The notes below the pieces were generated by a model. The model did no database searches, had not been told where the DNA came from, and saw nothing but the letters and a program-made list of their open reading frames with translations. The position numbers and the translations under genes were made by a program. Shown here one piece after another: positions 31,869 to 40,209 of a DNA stretch of 64,000 bases (the stretch's first letter is position 1; each line of letters begins with the position of its first letter). Source of the DNA: a virus (lineage: Duplodnaviria; Caudoviricetes); IMG/VR virus record IMGVR_UViG_3300032116_022045; one strand, 5' to 3'.

Positions 31869-32771
31869 TTAAACTTTTTTTTTTAATTTAACACCTCTAC
31901 CTTTTAATATATCAGCTCTAGTAACTTTACCATCACCAGTTAAATCAGGAAAACTTTTTTTACGTTCATCAATATTTTTAGATGGTTTAATGTATATTCT
32001 ATATACATTGCTACCTAATGAATCAATATCATTATACTTTTTAAAACCTAAGTCATCTTTACCATCTATATCACCTAACATAAAATTAGCATTACCATGT
32101 TCATTTGAAACATCTTGAATAAAAGAATCCAATTTTTCAATATCTTCATCAGATAAACCACTATCGTCACCATTTATTAAGGATGACATAGCCCATTCAG
32201 GTACTTCATAAGCAATTAAATCATCATCTTCACTATCATCATCAATCATGTCATCAATAGCTTGTTCATATTCAGTTAATTCAACTTCATCTATATCATA
32301 TTCCATCATTGGCATATCTTCTTCAAGATTACCATGACCGCTAAAACCATTACTTTTCATTTCTGCAAAACCAGCTGCCATAGGTGTTTCTGATAATAAA
32401 TTATCATTTTCAAACACATTTATTTCACCATCAAAATTATACGCTTCAGCCAAACTTTTGAATTTTAGGTTTAAATGTTTAATTGCCTTTGCGTAAGAAG
32501 GATAAGCTTCTTGTTTTTTATTTTGCAATCCACCAATATATTTAAAATCTTCAGCAATTAAATTATTTAACTTATTTGCTTTTTTAATATACCATTCATG
32601 ATTTTCTCTGATAACAGCATAGGCATTACCATCAGGTCCTACTTTGGTTAATTCAACAGCATAATTTTTTTTATCTTCATTTATAGAAGAAATACCCATT
32701 AATTGTTTTTGACGTTCAAGTATTTCGTTACCTTTTAAACCAACTGGACTTATGATTAATTGTTTTTTCAT
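31869..32771 (-). CDS. late protein ending in an EF-hand-like DLTGDGKVTRAD motif followed by KKKV-stop
   Basis: 300-aa ORF whose stop immediately follows the A10 run. Confidence 0.75.
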   Translation of the reverse strand: MKKQLIISPVGLKGNEILERQKQLMGISSINEDKKNYAVELTKVGPDGNAYAVIRENHEWYIKKANKLNNLIAEDFKYIGGLQNKKQEAYPSYAKAIKHLNLKFKSLAEAYNFDGEINVFENDNLLSETPMAAGFAEMKSNGFSGHGNLEEDMPMMEYDIDEVELTEYEQAIDDMIDDDSEDDDLIAYEVPEWAMSSLINGDDSGLSDEDIEKLDSFIQDVSNEHGNANFMLGDIDGKDDLGFKKYNDIDSLGSNVYRIYIKPSKNIDERKKSFPDLTGDGKVTRADILKGRGVKLKKKV

Positions 32772-32798
32772 ATTTTTTTTTATTTAATTATATTATTT

Positions 32799-33053
32799 TT
32801 AATAAACACCACCAATTATATTAGTACCTTGATATACATTTTGTTTTTCACCAAGTAAGAAACAACCAGTTCCACCACTAACAGAATTAATCCAAATACT
32901 TATATTTGAGGACATACCAACATTTATTGTTTGACCATTTATGTTTATTGTACATCCACTATTACCACCATATACTTCACTATATGTATGTGCGGTTAAA
33001 TTAGCATTTTGTGCTGGTACTATTATACTATGTATATCATTTATTTTAGGCAT
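32799..33053 (-). CDS. small hypothetical late protein
   Basis: 84 aa; late motif at 33071-33078. Confidence 0.65.
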   Translation of the reverse strand: MPKINDIHSIIVPAQNANLTAHTYSEVYGGNSGCTININGQTINVGMSSNISIWINSVSGGTGCFLLGEKQNVYQGTNIIGGVY

Positions 33054-33148
33054 ATAGAAAATATTTTATAATAAATATATTGATATAAATAAAAAAGCAC
33101 CAAATATTTGGTGCTTTTTAAAATTTAATTTTAATTATATCTTTTATT

Positions 33149-33796
33149 TTACAAATTAAATGCTTTGATTGTTAATTCAAAAGGTTTATTTTCTATGTTT
33201 TTAACTAAATCTAACATTTTTTGTGCTAATTCTCTAACTTCAAGTTGAGCATGTTCACTATTCCTTAATTTTTGGAAATGATAAAACGACCTCCAATTAA
33301 ACATAACATCCATTGTTATTTGAGAATTCATTGTTTTAAAAAATCTTGCACTTTCTTTAGCTCTTTTTCTCCCTAAAATTGGTGTCAATTCTTCTAAACA
33401 TTTGTGATATAACTCATTACTTTCTTGAGTAAATTCTTCAAGTCTTTTTAACCAAGTATATGATGTTGTATTCATTTCAGTTTTCCAACCATCATCTTTT
33501 GGTAAATATAGGTTATCTTCTTTTAATTCTTTATATCTGGCTGATTCACCATTAATACTAACACCAATTCTATGTTTTAATAGATGGATATGTGTTGCTT
33601 GGTCAACCGTAACCAAAAAATGTAATGATGATTTTTCAAATGGTGTGTGATGACCTTCATTAGCCAACATACTTAATAATTTACCAACTCTATTTAACTT
33701 TTCTTCAGTTAAATCTCTTGATGTTGATGTCCATGCTGATTGGGCGTGAATAACATCAGACCCATAATAACCTAATAATTCTACTTTATTCTCCAT
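33149..33796 (-). CDS. thyX: FAD-dependent thymidylate synthase
   Basis: GHHTPFE; KHRIGVSINGESARY (RHRx7SxR variant); NWRSFYHFQKLR...AQLEVR. Confidence 0.92.
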   Translation of the reverse strand: MENKVELLGYYGSDVIHAQSAWTSTSRDLTEEKLNRVGKLLSMLANEGHHTPFEKSSLHFLVTVDQATHIHLLKHRIGVSINGESARYKELKEDNLYLPKDDGWKTEMNTTSYTWLKRLEEFTQESNELYHKCLEELTPILGRKRAKESARFFKTMNSQITMDVMFNWRSFYHFQKLRNSEHAQLEVRELAQKMLDLVKNIENKPFELTIKAFNL

Positions 33797-33894
33797 AATT
33801 TATTAATTTTCTATTGTTTTTAATCGTTTAAAAATATCTCAATAATTTTTTTCATTGCATTTCGGTTGTTTTTATGTAATAAATTATTTTTATA

Positions 33895-34188
33895 CTATTT
33901 TTGTCGTAAAATCATTCTTGCGAGCGATTCACCAATTACCCCCCAATTGCTTTTGAAAAATTCTTCGCCTTCTGGTGAGTTGTTCCAAAACATAAACCCA
34001 TCTGTCTTTTCAATATCTTTCATTTTATTAACAGAATTTTCAACAGTAATTTCATCAGTTCGAAATTCCAAAAAAACAGCTTTACCAAACTGAATAACTC
34101 CGTTATTATCTTTATATGTATATTGAACCATACCCATTGGCAACTCCGAAAAAAATAAGTTCTTAAAATAAATCTCTCTTGTTGTCAT
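33895..34188 (-). CDS. hypothetical protein
   Basis: 97-aa ORF downstream of a host-type promoter. Confidence 0.65.
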   Translation of the reverse strand: MTTREIYFKNLFFSELPMGMVQYTYKDNNGVIQFGKAVFLEFRTDEITVENSVNKMKDIEKTDGFMFWNNSPEGEEFFKSNWGVIGESLARMILRQK

Positions 34189-34197
34189 AATATTTTT

Positions 34198-34353
34198 TCA
34201 TTGCATTTTCTTAAGTTCTTCTTTAATTCTTCGAATTTCGGTAATTACATCATCACCAAGTTCAATTTTAGACATCAGAATTAAGTCCATAATTTGTGAT
34301 TCGTAAAGTGCAATTAGCTCTTGTTGTGATTGTATTACTTTTTCGTTATTCAT
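34198..34353 (-). CDS. small hypothetical protein (51 aa)
   Basis: MNNEKVIQSQQELIALYESQIMDL...KKMQ; directly follows the promoter at 34387-34418. Confidence 0.55.
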   Translation of the reverse strand: MNNEKVIQSQQELIALYESQIMDLILMSKIELGDDVITEIRRIKEELKKMQ

Positions 34354-34386
34354 GATTTTTTATTTTTTTATATTTAAGAATATTAA

Positions 34387-34418
34387 CAAATATACTATTA
34401 ATAATCGAATTAAACAAA
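34387..34418 (-). promoter_or_regulatory. Bacteroidota-type sigma70 promoter
   Basis: TTTG-N20-TATATTTG. Confidence 0.75.
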
Positions 34419-34429
34419 AAAATGTTTTA

Positions 34430-34525
34430 GTTGCGTGATATTTTTATCCTAAAATATTGTGGTAATTAAATATACATCAATTAGTTATAAAGATGTATTG
34501 CGTATATTCTGTTGTTATAGGTAAT
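34430..34525 (+). repeat. conserved non-palindromic leader site L1 (attI-like)
   Basis: TTAGTTATAAAGATGTATTGCGTATAttCTGTT-GTTATAGGTAAT; near-identical copies at 39907 and 41023. Confidence 0.65.
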
Positions 34526-34535
34526 AAAACAAAAA

Positions 34536-34766
34536 TTACGAGTTTTTTATTTCTTCAAACCCATAGTAATGTAAGAACATCAGTGTATGTTCGTCATCAT
34601 CTAGCATCCTTTCTGTTATTGTTATTATTTTACCGTTATGTTCGTTTTTCAAATTACCAATAAACTTCTGCCCTACTTGTAAATAATTAGGTGTAATTTT
34701 TGTTTTACTACCTATAACAAATAATTGGCGTAATGCCTTTAGTTTTTCAATCAAATATTTTCTCAT
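34536..34766 (-). CDS. cassette A ORF (hypothetical); starts inside the palindrome loop
   Basis: Reads through the core as VIGS (GTT ATA GGT AGT). Confidence 0.6.
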   Translation of the reverse strand: MRKYLIEKLKALRQLFVIGSKTKITPNYLQVGQKFIGNLKNEHNGKIITITERMLDDDEHTLMFLHYYGFEEIKNS

Positions 34767-34837
34767 AATATCAACTTTTGTTTTTCAAATTAACTTTTCG
34801 TTTGGCACTACGCCAATTATCAACCGTTATACACAAT
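34707..34837 (+). repeat. attC-like palindrome C1
   Basis: ACCTATAAC-AA-ATAATTGGCGTAATGCC ... GGCACTACGCCAATTAT-CAACC-GTTATACACAAT. Confidence 0.8.
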
Positions 34838-34881
34838 ACTACATTAGTGTTTAAATTATAGTTCCGTGTAAAACTTTAAAA

Positions 34882-35223
34882 TTAATTTTGTGAAATAAAA
34901 TCTTGACACAATAGATAATCTTGGTTATACTCAGATAAGTTATATTTAATATTAATATTATTTTCACAAAATCTTATAAAATTATGAATTATAGGTGTTC
35001 CTAATAACTGATTATGTTTTTTTGTGTAAAAAACAATTATAGGATATAAAACACCCTCAACATCATCGTAAAATTTTTGATTATATTTATTTAACACCAA
35101 AAAACAATTTAATAAATTTTTCCCTAACACAAGATTATTAGTCAGTTCCAGTTGTTTTTCTGGGGTTAAATTGTCATTAATGAAACCTCTAGTTTTCCAC
35201 AATTCAATATGTGTGTAATTCAT
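34882..35223 (-). CDS. cassette B ORF (hypothetical)
   Basis: 113 aa between GTTATACACA and TGTGTATAAC. Confidence 0.65.
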   Translation of the reverse strand: MNYTHIELWKTRGFINDNLTPEKQLELTNNLVLGKNLLNCFLVLNKYNQKFYDDVEGVLYPIIVFYTKKHNQLLGTPIIHNFIRFCENNINIKYNLSEYNQDYLLCQDFISQN

Positions 35224-35283
35224 AATTTTATATTTTAAAGTTAATATTTGTTTTTCAATTAAAGTTTCTACTTAATAAACCGT

Positions 35284-35388
35284 ACTGTGTATAACAAGGT
35301 GTATATGTAATTCTTTTTACAAAGATACGAATAAATTTTCAGATTTCCAAATAAAAAACTACATATACACCCAACCGTTAGCGGCAAT
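35284..35388 (+). repeat. attC-like palindrome C2, with a promoter in its loop
   Basis: TGTGTATAAC-AA-GGTGTATATGT ... ACATATACACC-CAACC-GTTAGCGGCAAT. Confidence 0.8.
35320..35351 (-). promoter_or_regulatory. Bacteroidota-type sigma70 promoter within the C2 loop
   Basis: TTTG-N20-TATCTTTG pointing at the cassette B ORF. Confidence 0.7.
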
Positions 35389-35589
35389 TTAATACCGTAT
35401 TTTATCATTAACTATACTAACAATCCAAAAGAACCCAACCAAGCTGAAAGCTGTAAACAGGTAACACATAAACATATTCATTTCGCTTTCAAACATTAAA
35501 ACAAATCCAACTAATTGAAGGATAAAAACTGCCGCTAACATCGCATATACGGCAATAGCGGCTACTGTGCTAATTTTAAACTTTTTCAT
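35389..35589 (-). CDS. cassette C ORF, small two-TM membrane protein; starts in the palindrome loop
   Basis: Two hydrophobic stretches in 66 aa. Confidence 0.6.
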   Translation of the reverse strand: MKKFKISTVAAIAVYAMLAAVFILQLVGFVLMFESEMNMFMCYLFTAFSLVGFFWIVSIVNDKIRY

Positions 35590-35669
35590 TATATTTTAGT
35601 TTTTGTTGTTAATTAAACTTCTGTGTTTCAAATCCGCTACTGCGTATATGCCCAACCGTTATGAATAAT
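35528..35669 (+). repeat. attC-like palindrome C3
   Basis: TGCCGCTAAC-ATC-GCATATACGGCAATAGCGG ... CCGCTACTGCGTATATGC-CCAACC-GTTATGAATAAT. Confidence 0.8.
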
Positions 35670-35674
35670 AAATT

Positions 35675-35887
35675 TTAAACCCATTCAATCGGTATCAACT
35701 TATCACATTTACTATCTTTCACTTCTTTACAATCATTGTAGTATTCTACGGTAGGAACTACTTTAACAGAACCATCTTCAAATGTGATAATCACTGCTTT
35801 GTCCCAATTAGGATGTTTTTCTTTTTTTAAGATTTTCATATATTTATGTTTAAAATTTACATACTTATAACAAATGATAAACAACAT
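35675..35887 (-). CDS. cassette D ORF (hypothetical; start 35887 or 35839)
   Basis: ORF between palindromes C3 and C4. Confidence 0.55.
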   Translation of the reverse strand: MLFIICYKYVNFKHKYMKILKKEKHPNWDKAVIITFEDGSVKVVPTVEYYNDCKEVKDSKCDKLIPIEWV

Positions 35888-35923
35888 TAAAACGATTGTT
35901 TATCATCGGACGTTATATGAAAT
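35863..35923 (+). repeat. attC-like palindrome C4
   Basis: ACTTATAAC-AA-ATGATAAACAA-loop-TTGTTTATCAT-CGGAC-GTTATATGAAAT. Confidence 0.8.
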
Positions 35924-35924
35924 G

Positions 35925-36320
35925 TTATTTTTGTTCTGAGTTAATTAAAATTAAATACCCAATAAAATAACCCATTTTATCAGAAGATATGACATCATCA
36001 ATTTTATTTTCCAATTCATTATCTTTCATGTAAAATGTTTCAGTGTCCTTGAAATAAAATACAGATAATGATACATTACCATTCATATCCAATAAACATA
36101 TTTCAAATATTTTACATGAAAGATTTTCACCCACTTCTTCATTCCCAATTCGTCCATATTTTATTTCATAATCATAGATAATCTTACCTTCTGATATTCT
36201 ATTATTAATCACACCAGATAAAACACCATTAGTATCTTCTGATAATGATTTTGAGTAATTAGTTAATAATTTACCAATATCAAATTTGGTATCCAAGTTT
36301 TTAATTTTAAATTTATTCAT
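35925..36320 (-). CDS. cassette E ORF (hypothetical)
   Basis: 131 aa between GTTATATGAA and TTCATATAAC. Confidence 0.65.
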   Translation of the reverse strand: MNKFKIKNLDTKFDIGKLLTNYSKSLSEDTNGVLSGVINNRISEGKIIYDYEIKYGRIGNEEVGENLSCKIFEICLLDMNGNVSLSVFYFKDTETFYMKDNELENKIDDVISSDKMGYFIGYLILINSEQK

Positions 36321-36356
36321 AATTTATATTTTTAATAGGTAAAACAAAAATAACAC

Positions 36357-36419
36357 ATTCATATAACAGATGATAAACAACATTAAAACGATTGTTTATC
36401 ATCGGACGTTATTCATAAC
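36357..36419 (+). repeat. attC-like palindrome C5 (near-identical to C4)
   Basis: TTCATATAAC-AG-ATGATAAACAACATTAAAACGATTGTTTATCAT-CGGAC-GTTAT. Confidence 0.8.
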
Positions 36420-36435
36420 TTTCTATTTTTTATAT

Positions 36436-36867
36436 TTAAGAATATAATAATACACAATATGTTACGTTTAAGTATAATTTAATAATAAGTGGTTCTGTAG
36501 TCCCCCAATCCAAAACACCAAAATCAACTTTATTGATTGTACCTTTAATTAACCATTCTTCAACTTTATCACCGATAGGAGATAATATAGAAAGATTAAC
36601 TTCTATTGTTTGGTCATCTAATTTTCTTAATTCTCTTAGTCCCGTCATCAATGATTGACTCGTTGATGGTACAATTGGGTCGTACATTGAGAAAACCATT
36701 TCATCCCATTTATGTCCGCCATTTGTTATAATAAAGGTTGGTCTAGTTGTACTTTTTACAACAAATTTTGGAATATTAAATGGTGGTTTAAATTCAACCA
36801 TAAATCTACTTACAGATTTAGGTTCAAATGGCACAAATACTTCTTGATTGGTCTCGTCTTTACTCAT
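36436..36867 (-). CDS. diverged tail-tube-like protein (gp19-like)
   Basis: FEPKSVSRF...WDEMVFSMYDPIVPS...LSPIGDKVEEWLIKG...FGVLDW...YCVL matches the tail tube pattern. Confidence 0.6.
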   Translation of the reverse strand: MSKDETNQEVFVPFEPKSVSRFMVEFKPPFNIPKFVVKSTTRPTFIITNGGHKWDEMVFSMYDPIVPSTSQSLMTGLRELRKLDDQTIEVNLSILSPIGDKVEEWLIKGTINKVDFGVLDWGTTEPLIIKLYLNVTYCVLLYS

Positions 36868-37138
36868 AACTTTCTATTGTTTTGTAACTATCAAAACATA
36901 AATGTACTGTATCTTCATTTATACTTAATATCGGGTAACAATGATGTAAAATACCTGATTCACATATTGTTTTGTATTCAATATTTTCTATGTAACTTTC
37001 CTTTGATACACCAGACTTACTACGTTTTTGCCATTTATAAAAGAAGATTACATCTTGTTCTTCGAATAGTCGTATAATAAATTTCATTTCATCATTATAT
37101 CTTCCTTCAAACCATTTTTCATTAATTTTAACTTTCAT
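36860..37138 (-). CDS. hypothetical protein ending IESYE
   Basis: 8-nt overlap coupling with its neighbour. Confidence 0.65.
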   Translation of the reverse strand: MKVKINEKWFEGRYNDEMKFIIRLFEEQDVIFFYKWQKRSKSGVSKESYIENIEYKTICESGILHHCYPILSINEDTVHLCFDSYKTIESYE

Positions 37139-37709
37139 AAACTTCTATTTTTTCGTTGTTGTATGTTATTGTAATTAGTCGGGTTGGCACATTCCATTCA
37201 TTATTCATTCGGTATTCAATATCCGATGGTAATAAGATTTCACTATCATCAGTATCATTTAATTTTTCTCTACATAAATTCATTCTTTCCTTCAAACTCA
37301 ACTCTCTTTCCTCAATCTTTAATCCCCATTTTTTTGAGAACTCTGAATCGGTTTTGCATTTGTTGATGAACTCTTCTTGTGAATACGGTTTCCATCTACT
37401 TTCAATTTCAGGATTCTTCTTAATCCAATAATTATCTACTTCATCGTTATGTTTTAGATAGTTCTTATACGCTTCGTCAATAGTCATATCGGCTAACAAA
37501 GATTTTATTTTTCTAGCGCACTCAGTTACTCTACCATCTACATCAAGTACGGTTGAAGATTCTAACGACCAAAGAAAATCATGTACCGTGGCATATGTTA
37601 TCTCTCTTTTAATTTGTTTTAACCCATCATATAAATGCTCTGCTGGGTCGATATAACTAGATGTACCTAATATAGTAATTACTTCTTTAATTATTTCTTC
37701 TTTACTCAT
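37128..37709 (-). CDS. paralog family member 1 (WGLKIEERELS...ITITYNNEKIE)
   Basis: C-terminal domain shared with 37702-38100 and 38364-38735. Confidence 0.75.
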   Translation of the reverse strand: MSKEEIIKEVITILGTSSYIDPAEHLYDGLKQIKREITYATVHDFLWSLESSTVLDVDGRVTECARKIKSLLADMTIDEAYKNYLKHNDEVDNYWIKKNPEIESRWKPYSQEEFINKCKTDSEFSKKWGLKIEERELSLKERMNLCREKLNDTDDSEILLPSDIEYRMNNEWNVPTRLITITYNNEKIEVYES

Positions 37710-38100
37710 AAATTTCTATCGTTTCATTATTGTATGTTATTGTGATTAGTCGGGTAGGGGTCGGCTCGTAATAATCATTTTCAAAATCAGGAAGATTATT
37801 TTCATTGTATTCCATACCAGTTTCAAAATTATTCTTAAACCAAATCTTATATCTTTCTTCCGAACTCAACTCTCTTTCCTCAATCCGCAATCCCCATATT
37901 TGAGAGAACTCTGGGTCGGCTTTGCACTTTGATAAAAAACCATTTTTATTGTATTGTCTTGCACCTATAGACTTCTCACCAGTTTTCATGTCCATCACTG
38001 GAACAGGTTCGAGAAATTTAGGATTGCTATCAAACATGGTTTGTTGAAGATACTTACGCCAAGACTCATCAATCATCTGATTCATTTTTTCGTTACTCAT
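37702..38100 (-). CDS. paralog family member 2
   Basis: WGLRIEERELS...ITITYNNETIEIYE. Confidence 0.75.
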   Translation of the reverse strand: MSNEKMNQMIDESWRKYLQQTMFDSNPKFLEPVPVMDMKTGEKSIGARQYNKNGFLSKCKADPEFSQIWGLRIEERELSSEERYKIWFKNNFETGMEYNENNLPDFENDYYEPTPTRLITITYNNETIEIYE

Positions 38101-38371
38101 AACTTTCTATTTTTTGATTTTCCCATTCAGTACCACTATAACCGATTGTTTCCATTTTATCAGTATCTACAAAAACACCCCAACCCCATTCAGATTGATA
38201 AAAAACCTCATTATCTTTGAGTTTTTCGGTCATTAACCAATTTTCATCTAAATCTTCAATTAAACACGTACCATTTTTTGGTACATATTTTATTTCTCGT
38301 TTATTAGTTAAAATAAATTTAACTTCCTCCCCATAACCTTTTAACTTTATTGTATCTGGTAAGTTACTCAT
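38093..38371 (-). CDS. hypothetical protein ending KIESYE
   Basis: Overlap-coupled ORF. Confidence 0.65.
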   Translation of the reverse strand: MSNLPDTIKLKGYGEEVKFILTNKREIKYVPKNGTCLIEDLDENWLMTEKLKDNEVFYQSEWGWGVFVDTDKMETIGYSGTEWENQKIESYE

Positions 38372-38735
38372 AACTTTCTATTTTTTCGTTGTTGTACGTT
38401 ATTGTGATTAGTTTTGCTGGGATGTTAGATGCATCGAGAACTGATTTTTCTTCTATAATTAACTTATGGTTTCTATCATAAAAATCTCTCTTATTATCAC
38501 TTTGACTAACCAGAATTTTTGTTCTTTCTTCTAAACTCAACTCTCGTTCCTCAATCTTTAATCCCCACTTTTCAGAGAACTCAGGGTCTGTTTTAGACCT
38601 ATAAATGAATGTTCCTTTAGTTTCTTTTGCCATCCATAAAAGACCTGTACCTTCTAAATGTTTACCCATTTCATATGATTTTTCATAATTCTCATACGCC
38701 TCATCAATAATCTGATTCATTTTTTTGTTATTCAT
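38364..38735 (-). CDS. paralog family member 3
   Basis: WGLKIEERELS...ITITYNNEKIESYE. Confidence 0.75.
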   Translation of the reverse strand: MNNKKMNQIIDEAYENYEKSYEMGKHLEGTGLLWMAKETKGTFIYRSKTDPEFSEKWGLKIEERELSLEERTKILVSQSDNKRDFYDRNHKLIIEEKSVLDASNIPAKLITITYNNEKIESYE

Positions 38736-39027
38736 ATGTAATTTTAGTTACTTGAAATACTTGTTCTAAACCATCGTCTTCACATATATATCCGTTGTAC
38801 TCGCCTGCATCCCAAACGTTAAATTTAAAATATAACCCATCTGATTTTCTTTGTACAATGTAATCCCATGAAGGGCCATCTGAATATTCTGAAGTGTTTA
38901 TCTTGGTTATGTGAGTGTAAGTGTCTCCATCAATCTCATAACTACTGCCTTGAAAGTAAATACCATCCCACAACTCTAGTTGTTGCTCGGAGTTCATTTC
39001 AATTAAAATTCTATCTTTTTTATTCAT
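38728..39027 (-). CDS. hypothetical protein
   Basis: Overlap-coupled ORF. Confidence 0.65.
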   Translation of the reverse strand: MNKKDRILIEMNSEQQLELWDGIYFQGSSYEIDGDTYTHITKINTSEYSDGPSWDYIVQRKSDGLYFKFNVWDAGEYNGYICEDDGLEQVFQVTKITYE

Positions 39028-39349
39028 CTTTTTTATTAAATAATTCTTTAAAATTAACTGTTTCTTCTAAAATAATAATATCAATATTCATTTCTTCTTT
39101 AGCTTTTTCAATCATGTTGTTTAATATTCCTCTAGTCCAAAGGCTACACCCATAACTGTTCTTATGGCATTTATAAACAGAATTAGAATACCCTTTAAAA
39201 TAATAGAAATCTTCATCGTCTTCAACAGATACGATTCCACTATTCATTCTCCATACATCTGAAGAAATGTAACCACCATACCAAGTGGCAAAAACTTTAT
39301 ATAAATCTTCGGATATTTTTAATACCACCCATTTATCAGGACTATGCAT
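39020..39349 (-). CDS. phage hypothetical protein
   Basis: PDKWVVLKI...YKVFATWYGGY...WRMNSGI pattern recalled from other myophage small proteins. Confidence 0.65.
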   Translation of the reverse strand: MHSPDKWVVLKISEDLYKVFATWYGGYISSDVWRMNSGIVSVEDDEDFYYFKGYSNSVYKCHKNSYGCSLWTRGILNNMIEKAKEEMNIDIIILEETVNFKELFNKKDE

Positions 39350-39352
39350 AAT

Positions 39353-39595
39353 TTATTTTTGTAAGGAAATTGAGACTTTGTACTTCAAACGAGAAGAGTT
39401 TATATCTGTTTCAATTAACCCAAACACGATACTTAAATCTTCTGGATTAATCATTGTTGGGGTAACCATAAATTCTTCTCCTATGTTATCAAGAGAATTT
39501 TTAATATTTTCCACTATTGATATTGGTATCAATGTTTCAATTTCCATTTCTTCAAAGGTTTCTGGGTTAATGTGTTTTGATTTGTAATTTTTCAT
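39353..39595 (-). CDS. hypothetical protein
   Basis: 80-aa ORF in operon. Confidence 0.6.
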   Translation of the reverse strand: MKNYKSKHINPETFEEMEIETLIPISIVENIKNSLDNIGEEFMVTPTMINPEDLSIVFGLIETDINSSRLKYKVSISLQK

Positions 39596-39607
39596 ATTTG
39601 TATAAAT

Positions 39608-39763
39608 TTATTTTTGTTTTGAATATATTTCATATGTTTTATTAACAGCATCTTGAACACTTTCCATCCAAGTTTTCAATATTGGCCTAAAATTGAAAAT
39701 GGACATTTCTGCGTCCCAAATAACTTTGGGGATTTCGATTTTAATAATTTTTCGGTTTTTCAT
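39608..39763 (-). CDS. small hypothetical protein (51 aa)
   Basis: MKNRKIIKIEIPKVIWDAEM...YSKQK; fills an operon gap. Confidence 0.5.
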   Translation of the reverse strand: MKNRKIIKIEIPKVIWDAEMSIFNFRPILKTWMESVQDAVNKTYEIYSKQK

Positions 39764-39820
39764 AATTATTTTATTAGTTTTTGCATAATTCAGTTATTTT
39801 ATTTTCATTTTCCATAGTAT

Positions 39821-39906
39821 TTAAGTTTTGTGTTTCAATTTAAAGTAAACGGAATAACCCATCTTTCACAATCTTGTGTCAATCTATTGATGTGTTTATA
39901 ATTATT
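39821..39906. repeat. 86-bp direct repeat of 40196-40281 (3' end of the receiver-like gene)
   Basis: Identical except one T/G mismatch. Confidence 0.9.
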
Positions 39907-39954
39907 CATTTAGTTATAAAGATGTATTGCGTATAGCCTGTTGTTATAAAACAT
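39907..39954 (+). repeat. leader site L2 (attI-like, truncated)
   Basis: 45 nt (39906-39950) identical to 41023-41067. Confidence 0.65.
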
Positions 39955-40138
39955 TTTTCGATACACCAAGTTCCTTTGATTTTACCAAAAATTCATTTTC
40001 ATCTTCCAAAGAAATAGTTGAAAATAAATGATGTTCCACCAAATATAATGGTGCGTTTGATGTAACTAAATCATTTAATTTAGCTTTATCCCAGAATTTT
40101 TCAACTCTTTCTTCTTGTGCTTTTGTTAATTTTTCCAT
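39944..40138 (-). CDS. cassette G ORF (hypothetical); stop codon inside the core
   Basis: Flanked by GTTATAAAAC and GTTTTATAAC. Confidence 0.6.
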   Translation of the reverse strand: MEKLTKAQEERVEKFWDKAKLNDLVTSNAPLYLVEHHLFSTISLEDENEFLVKSKELGVSKNVL

Positions 40139-40143
40139 ATAAA

Positions 40144-40195
40144 ACGTTTTATAACAAGGTATATGTGAAATACCTCATAAGGTTTCTACTAATTT
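40144..40195 (+). repeat. half attC-like site C6 (left arm identical to C8)
   Basis: TTTTATAACAAGGTATATGTGAAATACCTCATAAGGTTTCTACTAAT also occurs at 41588. Confidence 0.75.
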
Positions 40196-40209
40196 TTAAG
40201 TTTTGTGTT

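Larger units (their letters stand above)
34430..36419. mobile_element. integron-like cassette array 1 (leader site, cassettes A-E, five attC-like palindromes)
   Basis: Palindromes at 34707, 35284, 35528, 35863 and 36357; complementary cores flank each cassette. Confidence 0.7.
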
